The notes beneath the pieces are model-generated. The model did no database searches. It worked only from the letters and a program-made list of their open reading frames with translations, and was not told the origin of the DNA. Below are positions 35,425-43,014 of a DNA stretch of 64,000 nt, piece after piece (position 1 is the stretch's first letter; each line of letters starts with the position of its first letter). This DNA comes from Gemmatimonadota bacterium. GTDB taxonomy: Bacteria; Gemmatimonadota; Gemmatimonadetes; Gemmatimonadales; GWC2-71-9. The stretch is taken from positions 35,910 to 99,909 of the forward strand of contig SHZT01000008.1 in the NCBI GenBank assembly GCA_009692185.1, in the 5' to 3' direction. Made by a program: the position numbers and the translations under genes.

Positions 35425-36785
35425 GACCGTGCCTCCCTCTTGTTGAGCCAGATGTAGTAGATCGGCAGTCCCAGCAGGACCATGCCCAGGCCGATGGCGC
35501 TCTCCGCCGGATCAGACACGACCTGGTTCACGACGATTGCCAGGCACGCCAGCGCAAACATGCCCGGGACGACCGGGAATCCCCACACGCGGTAGGGCGG
35601 GGCGTAACCGCTTCGCCGCCGCAGGACGAAAAGCCCAACCGCCAGGAGGCCAAAGAAGATCCACTCGGTGTACACCACGCGCGTGAACAGCGCGCGGAAG
35701 GTTCCGGTGCCTACCAGGACGGAGGACCACACCGCTTGCGCGACGATCGCGTTGTGTGGCGTGCCGTACTTCGGATGCACCGCCCCGAACCACTTGAAGA
35801 GCAAGCCGTCCCGCGCCATGGAGAGGTAGACGCGCGGCCCCGACAGCACGATGCCCGCCAGCGCCCCGAAGCTCGAGAAGAGAACCAGCGCAGACATTGC
35901 GCGGGCGGCGCCGTCGCCCAAGACGGCCCGCGCCGCATCCGCCGCCACCGTGGTGGACCGTGCCACGGTGTCCATCGGCAGGAGGTACAGGTACACCGCG
36001 TTCATGCCGATGTAGGCCAGGGTCACGACCAGCGTGCCGATCAGCAGGGCCATCGGGATCGTACGGGTCGGGTTCACCGTTTCTTCCGCCGCGTACGTGA
36101 CCATGTGCCACCCGCCGAAGGCGAAGAGGCCCGCCGACACGGCGAGCAGGAAGCCTTTGGGCGATACGTCTCCCGCGCTGCCGCCGACGAAGTGCTCCGG
36201 AATGCTCCCGCCAAGGGAGAACCCGAGGGCGACGATCAACACGACCGCCAGCACCTTCCCGAGTGTAAAGGCGGTTTGCAAGGCGCTCCCGTGTCGCACG
36301 CCGACGTAGTTCACCGCGGAGAGCGCAAGGATCGCCGTGATCGCCACGGCCTTGGTGCCGAAGCCGCCGAGCGGCACGAACACACCCGTGTATCGCGCTA
36401 CCACGGTGCCGATGGCCGCAATGATCCCCGAGTGCATGGTCCAGAACATGGCCCAGGCCCAGAGGAACCCGACGGCGGGGGAGAAACACTCGCGCAGGAA
36501 GACGTACACGCCCCCGGTGCGCGGGAACACCGACGCGAGCTCGGCGCAGACGAGAGCGCCGAACAGGGTGAGCACACCGGCCACGGCCCAGACCATGAAG
36601 ACGACGGAGATGGATCCGGTGCGGGCGGTGATTTCAGACGGCTGGACGAAAATGGAGGCGCCGATGATCGTGCCGACCACCATGGCGCTTGCTTGCGTGA
36701 GGCCGATGGAGCGGCGAAGTCCCTGGGCCGGGGCGCTCACGACGGAGAGGGAAGGGGGGACGGAACGCGTTTGGGCAGGGCGCAA
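35421..36785 (-). CDS. APC-superfamily amino acid permease
   Basis: 12-TM pattern. GLTQASAMVVGTIIGASIFVQPSEI, FPRTGGVYVFL. 4-nt overlap with the downstream gene. Confidence 0.85.
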   Translation of the reverse strand: MRPAQTRSVPPSLSVVSAPAQGLRRSIGLTQASAMVVGTIIGASIFVQPSEITARTGSISVVFMVWAVAGVLTLFGALVCAELASVFPRTGGVYVFLRECFSPAVGFLWAWAMFWTMHSGIIAAIGTVVARYTGVFVPLGGFGTKAVAITAILALSAVNYVGVRHGSALQTAFTLGKVLAVVLIVALGFSLGGSIPEHFVGGSAGDVSPKGFLLAVSAGLFAFGGWHMVTYAAEETVNPTRTIPMALLIGTLVVTLAYIGMNAVYLYLLPMDTVARSTTVAADAARAVLGDGAARAMSALVLFSSFGALAGIVLSGPRVYLSMARDGLLFKWFGAVHPKYGTPHNAIVAQAVWSSVLVGTGTFRALFTRVVYTEWIFFGLLAVGLFVLRRRSGYAPPYRVWGFPVVPGMFALACLAIVVNQVVSDPAESAIGLGMVLLGLPIYYIWLNKREARS

Positions 36786-36822
36786 ACCCTCGCCCGCGTC
36801 CCGGTCCCCCTTCGCCGGTCAC

Positions 36823-37359
36823 TCATTTGCCGACGATGTCACCCTTCAAGCTGGTGACGATGCCGAGGACCTCGGCCTTCTCCCGCGCCGGGATCCGGAA
36901 CTGGTCCAGCGTCTCGGTGAGGTAGCCCGCGGCGACCGACCAGGCGGTTTCACTGATGTTGAGTCCCTTGTGTGCCATTGGCATGTCGGCGCCAACGTAC
37001 ACGCAGGGACCGCCGGTCGCAAAACAGAGCTGGTCCACGATCATCTGGCGGACGCGCTGCTGCCCCTTGGCATTTACCTCCTCGAAATACGCGGCCATCT
37101 TGGGGTCGGCCAGCATCCGGCGGAGGAAATCGTCCGTCACCGCAGCGAGTGCGTCGTACCCGCCGAGCCGTTTATAGAGCGATGCGTTGGCGGGGACCGC
37201 GGCGACGGCCGGGGCCGGCGTTGCTGCAGCGGGCGGCGCATTCTCCGGGTTCCGAACGGGAGCGGCAGGCGGGCGCGCGGGGCGGATGGTGGGTTGCCCG
37301 CAATCGACGGACAGGACGCCGATGACAGCGATCAGCGAAAGGGTCGTTGTGCGCGACAT
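36823..37359 (-). CDS. group I truncated haemoglobin with signal peptide and Pro/Ala-rich linker
   Basis: SLYKRLGGYDALAAVTDDFLRRMLADPKMAAYF...MPMAHKGLNISETAWSVAAGYLTETL, preceded by MSRTTTLSLIAVIGVLSVDCGQ and PARPPAAPVRNPENAPPAAATPAPA. Confidence 0.8.
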   Translation of the reverse strand: MSRTTTLSLIAVIGVLSVDCGQPTIRPARPPAAPVRNPENAPPAAATPAPAVAAVPANASLYKRLGGYDALAAVTDDFLRRMLADPKMAAYFEEVNAKGQQRVRQMIVDQLCFATGGPCVYVGADMPMAHKGLNISETAWSVAAGYLTETLDQFRIPAREKAEVLGIVTSLKGDIVGK

Positions 37360-37434
37360 GGGATGTTGCTCCGGGTGCGAAGGGGGTTGGACAAAATAAC
37401 GTGAACCGGCCGCCCTGTCTTGCCCCAGCCCTCC

Positions 37435-37764
37435 TTATTTCTTTGGCAGCGCGCCCGCATAGGCGACGCAGCGCATAACCCACTTTCCGAGCCCGGCGTC
37501 GGTCGCGACACCGCCGGGCCCGACCAGGATCCATCCTTTCATGGGGCGCCCGGTGAGGTCAAAATGCCGGGTGTCTTTTTCTTTGAGCAAGGTGTCAGTC
37601 TCCGCGGCATCAACCCGGGCGATGAGGGCGTCCTTGTGGACGCCCACGCACATGTTGCCGTTCAGCAGGAAGGCAATCCCGCCGAACATCTTCTTCTCGA
37701 CCAGTCCCCTTTTCTTGCCGAGGGTCTTTCGGATACGCTTGGCGAGCTTCTCATCGAAGGCCAT
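37435..37764 (-). CDS. TfoX/Sxy N-terminal-domain protein
   Basis: MAFDEKLAKRIRKTL...EKKMFGGIAFLLNGNMCVGV...MKGWILV. Confidence 0.8.
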   Translation of the reverse strand: MAFDEKLAKRIRKTLGKKRGLVEKKMFGGIAFLLNGNMCVGVHKDALIARVDAAETDTLLKEKDTRHFDLTGRPMKGWILVGPGGVATDAGLGKWVMRCVAYAGALPKK

Positions 37765-37766
37765 GG

Positions 37767-38138
37767 CTAGACGTGCGTGGGGCGCCGGTGAAGCAACCCT
37801 AGCAAGAGCCCAAAGATGGTGAACTGCGCCGCGGCGGCACTTCCTTCAACCAGGATCCACGACGGGATCGACGGGATCATGTACTTGCCGGCTTCTGCCA
37901 GAACGATGTACGACGCGAGAAAACCTCCGATCGTCCACGAGAACACCAGGGCGTTCCGGATGGTGGACTTGCCCGTGTCGAACGTGGGGAATAGCAGGGC
38001 GCAGGTCGCTCCCTGAATGAGCATCGATGCCACGCCCAGGGGGATCACGGGATCCGGTCGAATGAACGCGATGGCCGCGTAGTGCTCGGCGTTGATCGCG
38101 AAGTGCGAGGCGCCTTGGACGCCAAACGTGGCGACCAC
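37767..38138 (-). CDS. hypothetical membrane protein (N-terminus possibly eroded)
   Basis: 3-4 TM segments. The frame stays open and hydrophobic (WPATVLLTVLAY) upstream of the first usable GTG, up to a TGA. Confidence 0.4.
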   Translation of the reverse strand: MVATFGVQGASHFAINAEHYAAIAFIRPDPVIPLGVASMLIQGATCALLFPTFDTGKSTIRNALVFSWTIGGFLASYIVLAEAGKYMIPSIPSWILVEGSAAAAQFTIFGLLLGLLHRRPTHV

Positions 38139-38375
38139 GTAGGCGAGGACCGTGAGGAGTACGGTGGCCGGCCATGCTTGAACTCGTGGCTTGGAGCGGC
38201 CGGTACGACGGGCGCACGGCCGCCCCGAAGGAATTCGTCACTCGCATCAGGAAAGATAGAAACGGCGTGGTCGCCGCCATGCGCAAGGAACTACGCCGGC
38301 GCCACGGCCTGTAACGCACCACACGTTATCCAAGGCCCGACTCACCACCTGCCACCTTCTCGAGTGAGGCCCGTC

Positions 38376-38600
38376 ATGCAGACTCCGACACCGAAGCAAC
38401 AGTTTCTCGACTCATACGAGCGCGAGCACGCGACGACCATGAAGGTCCTTCGGGCGTTCCCGGCGGACAAGACGGAACTCAAGCCCCATACGCGGTTGCG
38501 CACGGCCCGTGAGCTTGCGTGGGTCTTCGTGCTCGAGCGGGGACTGGGCACCACGGTGCTTAATGACGAGTTTGGAAAGGCGCCGCCCAGCCCGCCGCCC
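38376..38600 (+). pseudogene. 5' fragment of a DinB-family gene
   Basis: MQTPTPKQQFLDSYEREHATTMKVLRAFPADKTELKPHTRLRTARELAWVFVLERGLGTTVLNDEFGKAPPS. It then runs into Pro/Gly/Arg junk that is antisense to another remnant. Confidence 0.6.
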
Positions 38601-38945
38601 CCGGCGGGGCCGGCTCCGCCAGGATCTCCTGCCAGCGCCCGAACCTCACGAGCGCCAGGAGGCGGTCGGGCTCAAGGACTCGAGGGGTGGGATCTGCGCT
38701 GCCATGTCGGGCGGGAATGCCTTGGTTCCCAGGTCCCGCGCCGCCTGGATCGCCACGGCGCTCCGGCCTTCCATCTGCGCCGCCGACCAGAGGAAATGCA
38801 GGTTGTGCGCCCAGTAGGCGAAGTAGAACCCGGCCGTGTCGCTCCGAAATGAACAGCTCGTCGGTGTGCGCCGCGTGCTTGTTGGCTTCGACCTGCGCCG
38901 GTAGCCTGAAGACCGTGAATGGTGGTGGGCGGAGCCTCCCGGGGC
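38600..38945 (-). pseudogene. internal fragment of an unassigned (TPR-like?) gene needing at least 3 frame changes
   Basis: Pieces sit in different frames: VEANKHAAHTDELFISERH / DTAGFYFAYWAHNLHFLWSAAQMEGRSAVAIQAARDLGTKAFPPDMAAQIPPLE / EPDRLLALVRF / RWQEILAEPAPP. Confidence 0.55.
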
Positions 38946-39006
38946 TTCACGCAACCTCGGTCGGCCGTGTTGCGGCGGGTGCCGATTCGGTACACTTCGT
39001 CCGCCC

Positions 39007-39105
39007 ATGTCGGATCTTCTTCAGCAAATCACTACCGCCCTCGCCGACCGCTATCCCATCGAGCGTGAACTCGGCCGCGGCGGGATGGCGGTCGTGTACG
39101 TCGCC
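39007..39105 (+). pseudogene. 33-codon N-terminal stub of a Ser/Thr protein kinase gene
   Basis: MSDLLQQITTALADRYPIERELGRGGMAVVYVA (Gly-rich loop). It then becomes junk that is antisense to the next stub. Confidence 0.6.
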
Positions 39106-39300
39106 TCCTCCTGCCCGATCCCGAACGTGGCAGTGTTGAACGTCAGCGTGGTGCTCGTGACGCCCCGGAGCGCGGCTTCGCCACCCATGGCGGTCACTCC
39201 GCGGGCGACGATGTCCCGCGGGGCCTGGCCGGCTGCCGGGACGGTGGCGGAGGAAATGGCGATGGCGGCGATCCCGGGCACGATGAATTTCAGTCGCATT
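39106..39300 (-). pseudogene. N-terminal stub of a secreted protein gene (family not assignable)
   Basis: MRLKFIVPGIAAIAISSATVPAAGQAPRDIVARGVTAMGGEAALRGVTSTTLTFNTATFGIGQEE. Beyond that it reads antisense of the kinase stub. The ATG lies 1 nt after the DUF1326 stop. Confidence 0.5.
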
Positions 39301-39301
39301 G

Positions 39302-39916
39302 CTACGGTCCTTTCCAGACGGCCGTGAACGCCAGCGTGTGGCGGCCGGGGTAACTGAACGCGAGAGAGCCCGCGCGGACATCCATCGTCTTTGACGTGTA
39401 GAAATCTTCCCGCTTGCACAGGAACCCCGCCGGCATCAGCGCCGTCACGTGGTGCTCCGCACCGCTCACCGGGTTCCTGATCGGGTCGAAGGCCACGACG
39501 ACGTCCTTGCCCGCGCGAAAACTGCTCTTTTTCCCCGCGTAGTCGAACTCGATCGGCGATGAACGGACTTCGATGCCCGCGGTGCAGGTGGACATGAACA
39601 TTCCCCACGGTCCTCCCGCCTTGCCGACGGCCAGCGCCTCCAGCGCGTCCCGCCTGGCCCCCCTCGCGCGCGCGTCGAGGTACACCACCGCGCGCCCGCC
39701 CTTGTCGTGGATCGCACCGGGCCACGCGAGCGCTGCGGCCCACTTGAGTCCGGCCAGGGATACACCGTTCACCTTCCCATCGACGATCCGGGATGCAAGG
39801 CCGGCTTCGCAGGTCCCGTACGTTGGCGGCGCGTTGAAGGAGCACGGACAGCCGACGTTGCAGTTGCACGCGACCAGGTGCTCGAGCTTGATACGCCACT
39901 TCGCGGGTTTCGCCAC
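39302..39916 (-). CDS. DUF1326-family protein
   Basis: WRIKLEHLVACNCNVGCPCSFNAPPTYGTCEAG. The GTG start overlaps the upstream TAG stop by 1 nt. Confidence 0.8.
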   Translation of the reverse strand: MAKPAKWRIKLEHLVACNCNVGCPCSFNAPPTYGTCEAGLASRIVDGKVNGVSLAGLKWAAALAWPGAIHDKGGRAVVYLDARARGARRDALEALAVGKAGGPWGMFMSTCTAGIEVRSSPIEFDYAGKKSSFRAGKDVVVAFDPIRNPVSGAEHHVTALMPAGFLCKREDFYTSKTMDVRAGSLAFSYPGRHTLAFTAVWKGP

Positions 39917-40539
39917 TACATCCCCTCCATCGTGTCGCCGACCGGAATGACGCCGAACCACACGCTCACGCCCAGCGCGATCAGGGTGATCCCGACTGGA
40001 ACCGCGAGCCGCTTGCCTCCGGGTGCCGTCTTCTCGGCCAGCACGACGAGGGCGACGGCGGCCATCCACCAGGGGTTCATCAGGCCCAGCGCGACGAGGG
40101 CCACCATGAGCCCGGCGCAGCATGCCACGCAAAACCACCCGTGGTGCATGCCCATGAAAAGAGCCCCAGCGGCCCCGGGGCGCCAGTGCCGAAGGAAGAA
40201 ATGCGTCGGCGTGCGGCAGTGATCGAGACAGGCGGCTTTCCAGCTGGTCAGCTGATAGATGCCTGCCAGGATGAGTGCGAACGTCGCGAGCGGGCGATGC
40301 CACGGCATCAGCGCCATTTCCGTTGACGCCCGCAGCGCGCCGACACCGAGGCCGAGAAGGCTCCAGGCCACGAAATAGCCGGCGATGAAGAGGACCGGTG
40401 CGACGTGACGCTTGACCCCGGGCGCATCCGATGCCGCAGCCCGGAAGAACAACACGGTTGGAAGAACTGACGGCGTCATCATTGCGATCATCATCACGGT
40501 CCATGTGCCGGTGAACGCCAGGAGATCGGCAAGCGTCAC
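39916..40539 (-). CDS. DUF2182-family (predicted metal-binding) integral membrane protein
   Basis: VTLADLLAFTGTWTVMMIAMMTPSVLP...CLDHCRTP...MGMHHGWFCVACCAGLM. The GTG start overlaps the MFS TGA stop (GTGA). Confidence 0.75.
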   Translation of the reverse strand: MTLADLLAFTGTWTVMMIAMMTPSVLPTVLFFRAAASDAPGVKRHVAPVLFIAGYFVAWSLLGLGVGALRASTEMALMPWHRPLATFALILAGIYQLTSWKAACLDHCRTPTHFFLRHWRPGAAGALFMGMHHGWFCVACCAGLMVALVALGLMNPWWMAAVALVVLAEKTAPGGKRLAVPVGITLIALGVSVWFGVIPVGDTMEGM

Positions 40540-41798
40540 TTTTCCCTTTTCCCGTTTCCCTTTTCCCGCCAATCGATCAACGGCCACATGGCGGCGATCC
40601 CGAGCACCGGGCCGATCGCAAGCGGAGCAAATGCTCGCTCCCATCCCCAGCTGGCCGCCCAGACCGGGACCAGGCGAATCGTCACGATCGTGAGCAGGAA
40701 GCCAAAGCACGTCTGAAGCGTGAGCGCCGTCCCGACATACTCCCGCGGCGCGAGTTCCGTGACGCACGCGGAGAACTGGGCCGAGTCGGCAACGACGGAG
40801 ATCCCCCAGACCAGCGTGACCAATACCAACAGGAGAATGGGTCCGTCCAGCACGGTGCCCACCGTGAGCGCGCATAAGGCACTCACGGCCATGGCCACGA
40901 TCGTGACCAAGGCGCGGCCCAGCCGGTCGGCCGCCCGGCCCGCGATGACGCACCCGAAGGCACCGACTCCCACGCTGGCAAACGCGAGCCCCGCCGCTAC
41001 GCCCGGGGCCAATCCGCGTCGGATCGCGATCGCAGACCAGAACGGCGTCATGGCGGTCCACATTGCGTAAACCTCCCACATGTGGCCGAGGTAGCCGGCG
41101 GTCGCGAGGCGAACGCCGCGTGCGCTGAGCACCCGGCCAATAGCGTGAAGGTCAAACGGCTGGCTTGGCGCCTGAAATGGCCCCTCGCGCATCGTGACCA
41201 GAAAGAGAACGCCGGCAGCGGCGCAGGACCCCGCCGCAAGCAGTAGCACTTCCTGCCACGCATGAGCCGGGACCACGGCGCGGATCAGGTTGGGGCTCGC
41301 GGAGCCGAGAGTGAGTGCTCCCACCACCACTCCCATGGCCATTCCACGGCCTTCGCGCCACCAGCCGGCCGCGATTTTCATCCCTGGTGGGTAGACGCCG
41401 GCGAGCGCCGCGCCGGTAAGGCCGCGCAGGACAATCACCGACTCGGGGGAAAGGCCTGGTATGGCGATTGCCGCCGTCGTGGCCGCGGCGACCATCGCGC
41501 TGCCCCCGGCCAGGCGTCGCGGGCTCCAGCGGTCGCTCAGCATGAAGATGGCGGAGACCAGCGTTCCCGCGACGAACCCGATCTGAACGGCGATCGTGAG
41601 CCATGACTCGACGGATGGACCCAAGCGCCACTCCGCGAGCAAGGCAGGACCGACGACGCTTGCCGCGAACCAGGGGCTCATGCCGAGGACCATGGCTGCG
41701 GAGAGGAGCATGAGCTGCCGAGCCCTCTCGGATGTCACCGCTTGGCGAAACGCTTGAGCAGAAACGTTGGCTCGAGTTTTCGGCGTTCGAGCGCGCAT
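40536..41798 (-). CDS. MFS transporter
   Basis: 12-TM pattern. GMSPWFAASVVGPALLAEW, SDRWSPRRL, GRAADRLGR. An alternative start at 41711 would remove the 64-nt overlap with the upstream gene. Confidence 0.8.
   Translation of the reverse strand: MRARTPKTRANVSAQAFRQAVTSERARQLMLLSAAMVLGMSPWFAASVVGPALLAEWRLGPSVESWLTIAVQIGFVAGTLVSAIFMLSDRWSPRRLAGGSAMVAAATTAAIAIPGLSPESVIVLRGLTGAALAGVYPPGMKIAAGWWREGRGMAMGVVVGALTLGSASPNLIRAVVPAHAWQEVLLLAAGSCAAAGVLFLVTMREGPFQAPSQPFDLHAIGRVLSARGVRLATAGYLGHMWEVYAMWTAMTPFWSAIAIRRGLAPGVAAGLAFASVGVGAFGCVIAGRAADRLGRALVTIVAMAVSALCALTVGTVLDGPILLLVLVTLVWGISVVADSAQFSACVTELAPREYVGTALTLQTCFGFLLTIVTIRLVPVWAASWGWERAFAPLAIGPVLGIAAMWPLIDWREKGNGKREK
40540..40567 (-). repeat. four tandem heptamers GGGAAAA/GGGAAAC across the MFS stop - DUF2182 start junction
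   Basis: Minus strand GGGAAAA GGGAAAC GGGAAAA GGGAAAA GTG. It shares a 15-nt exact match (GGGAAAAGGGAAACG) and the same 7-nt periodicity with 26751-26779. Confidence 0.8.
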
Positions 41799-42838
41799 TC
41801 AGCAACCAGTTCTCCGACCGCCGGGCCATGCTTGAAGCCATGACCGGACCCGCCGCCCACGAGCCACACGTTCGATGCCTTCGGATGGCGATCGATGATG
41901 AAGTGACTGTCGGGCGTTTGCTCGTATTGACAGGCTTTCCCGTCCAGGAATGGGGCCTTGGCCAGCGACGGCAATCGCTCGGCGAGCTTGGCGCGGGCCT
42001 CTGCGAGAACCGCAGGGGTCACGCCCCGGTCCCCGTTGTCCGGGTCGAACACGGGGCCGCGATCGTCAGAGGCCAGCTTGATCCCTTGTCCCCCTGACGG
42101 GATGGAGTACCAGATGCCCGGGCCACGATCGAGCCACACGGGGATCTGCCCGTCGCGGTATCCGTCCATCGACGGAAGGCCGAAGTAGAACAGTTCCTGC
42201 CGCGTCGGCCGGATCAAGTCACCGATGACATCGGGGAAGAGTTTCCCCATCCACGGTCCGCAAGCGTAGACGACGATGTCCGTATCCGGGGGTGTCCGGC
42301 CGTCGAATGCCTCCACCCGGCCTTCTCGGTACGTGCCGCCCTCGGCGAGAAACTGGCCGAGCACCAGGGCGCATGCTGCACGGGCCCGGAGGTACGCGGC
42401 CCCCGGTTCTTCAATGACGAAGTTGACGCCCGAGAAGTTGAACAAGGGGTAGCGCTTTTTCGCCTGGGTGGGCGAGAGCTGCTGATGCGGGACTCCCGCG
42501 TCCCGCAGGTGCCCCATGGCGTCCCGTTCCCACCGGTCGTCCCGGGCGGCGAGCCACAGAGCGCCCGTTTCCCGGAGCACCAACTGACCCGTGGCCTTCT
42601 GGAGCGCCCGCCACTGGGGGAAGGAGGCGAGCGTGAGGTCCACGTAGATCCGGTCCGGCCCGTAGGTGGCCCGGATGATCCGGGTATCGTCCCCCGAACT
42701 GGCCCTGGGGTTCGCCGGCCCCCACGCATCCCACAGGGTGACGTGCACTCCCCGGCGGAGGAGGTGGAGGGCGGTCCAGCCGCCGAAGGCTCCGGCGCCG
42801 ATTACGGTCGCCCGGGTGACGGATCGGGGTTGAGGCAT
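41735..42838 (-). CDS. FAD-dependent oxidoreductase (DAO / sarcosine-oxidase-like)
   Basis: ATVIGAGAFGGWTALHLLRRGVHVTLWDA (dinucleotide fold) ... WLVGGGSGHGFKHGPAVG. Confidence 0.8.
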   Translation of the reverse strand: MPQPRSVTRATVIGAGAFGGWTALHLLRRGVHVTLWDAWGPANPRASSGDDTRIIRATYGPDRIYVDLTLASFPQWRALQKATGQLVLRETGALWLAARDDRWERDAMGHLRDAGVPHQQLSPTQAKKRYPLFNFSGVNFVIEEPGAAYLRARAACALVLGQFLAEGGTYREGRVEAFDGRTPPDTDIVVYACGPWMGKLFPDVIGDLIRPTRQELFYFGLPSMDGYRDGQIPVWLDRGPGIWYSIPSGGQGIKLASDDRGPVFDPDNGDRGVTPAVLAEARAKLAERLPSLAKAPFLDGKACQYEQTPDSHFIIDRHPKASNVWLVGGGSGHGFKHGPAVGELVAECALERRKLEPTFLLKRFAKR

Positions 42839-42857
42839 GTCAATTCGCTACCGGGGG

Positions 42858-42887
42858 TTGGGTTACCAGAATGTGACGCAGGTCGGC
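42858..42887 (+). repeat. conserved upstream element, copy A (TTGGGTTACCAGAATGTGACGCAGGTCGGC)
   Basis: Lies 20 nt from the FAD-oxidoreductase start and 128-157 nt upstream of SusC-1. Copies at 53680-53708 and 56345-56365. Confidence 0.8.
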
Positions 42888-42914
42888 CAGTTGGCCAAGG
42901 TGGCACCTGCGGTA

Positions 42915-42945
42915 TTGACCTGAGGCCTGTCGGAGTGCCTCTTTG
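42915..42945 (+). promoter_or_regulatory. candidate FCB-type promoter of SusC-1 (TTG - 20 nt - CCTCTTTG)
   Basis: TTGACC...CCTCTTTG. The same spacing and near-identical boxes occur upstream of SusC-2. It resembles the Bacteroides -33 TTG / -7 TAnnTTTG layout only partly. Confidence 0.3.
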
Positions 42946-43014
42946 AGGCGAGTGTGATCTTCGATTCCTGAGCGAGTCAGAACGATTTCCGAACCATTCG
43001 GCAGGGAGGTTCTT

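Noticed and set aside
42870-42887. TGTGA in the conserved element as a CRP/FNR-type half-site
   Set aside because: None of the copies has the matching TCACA half-site 6 nt downstream (they read TCGGC/TTAGA), so the site is not a CRP-like palindrome.
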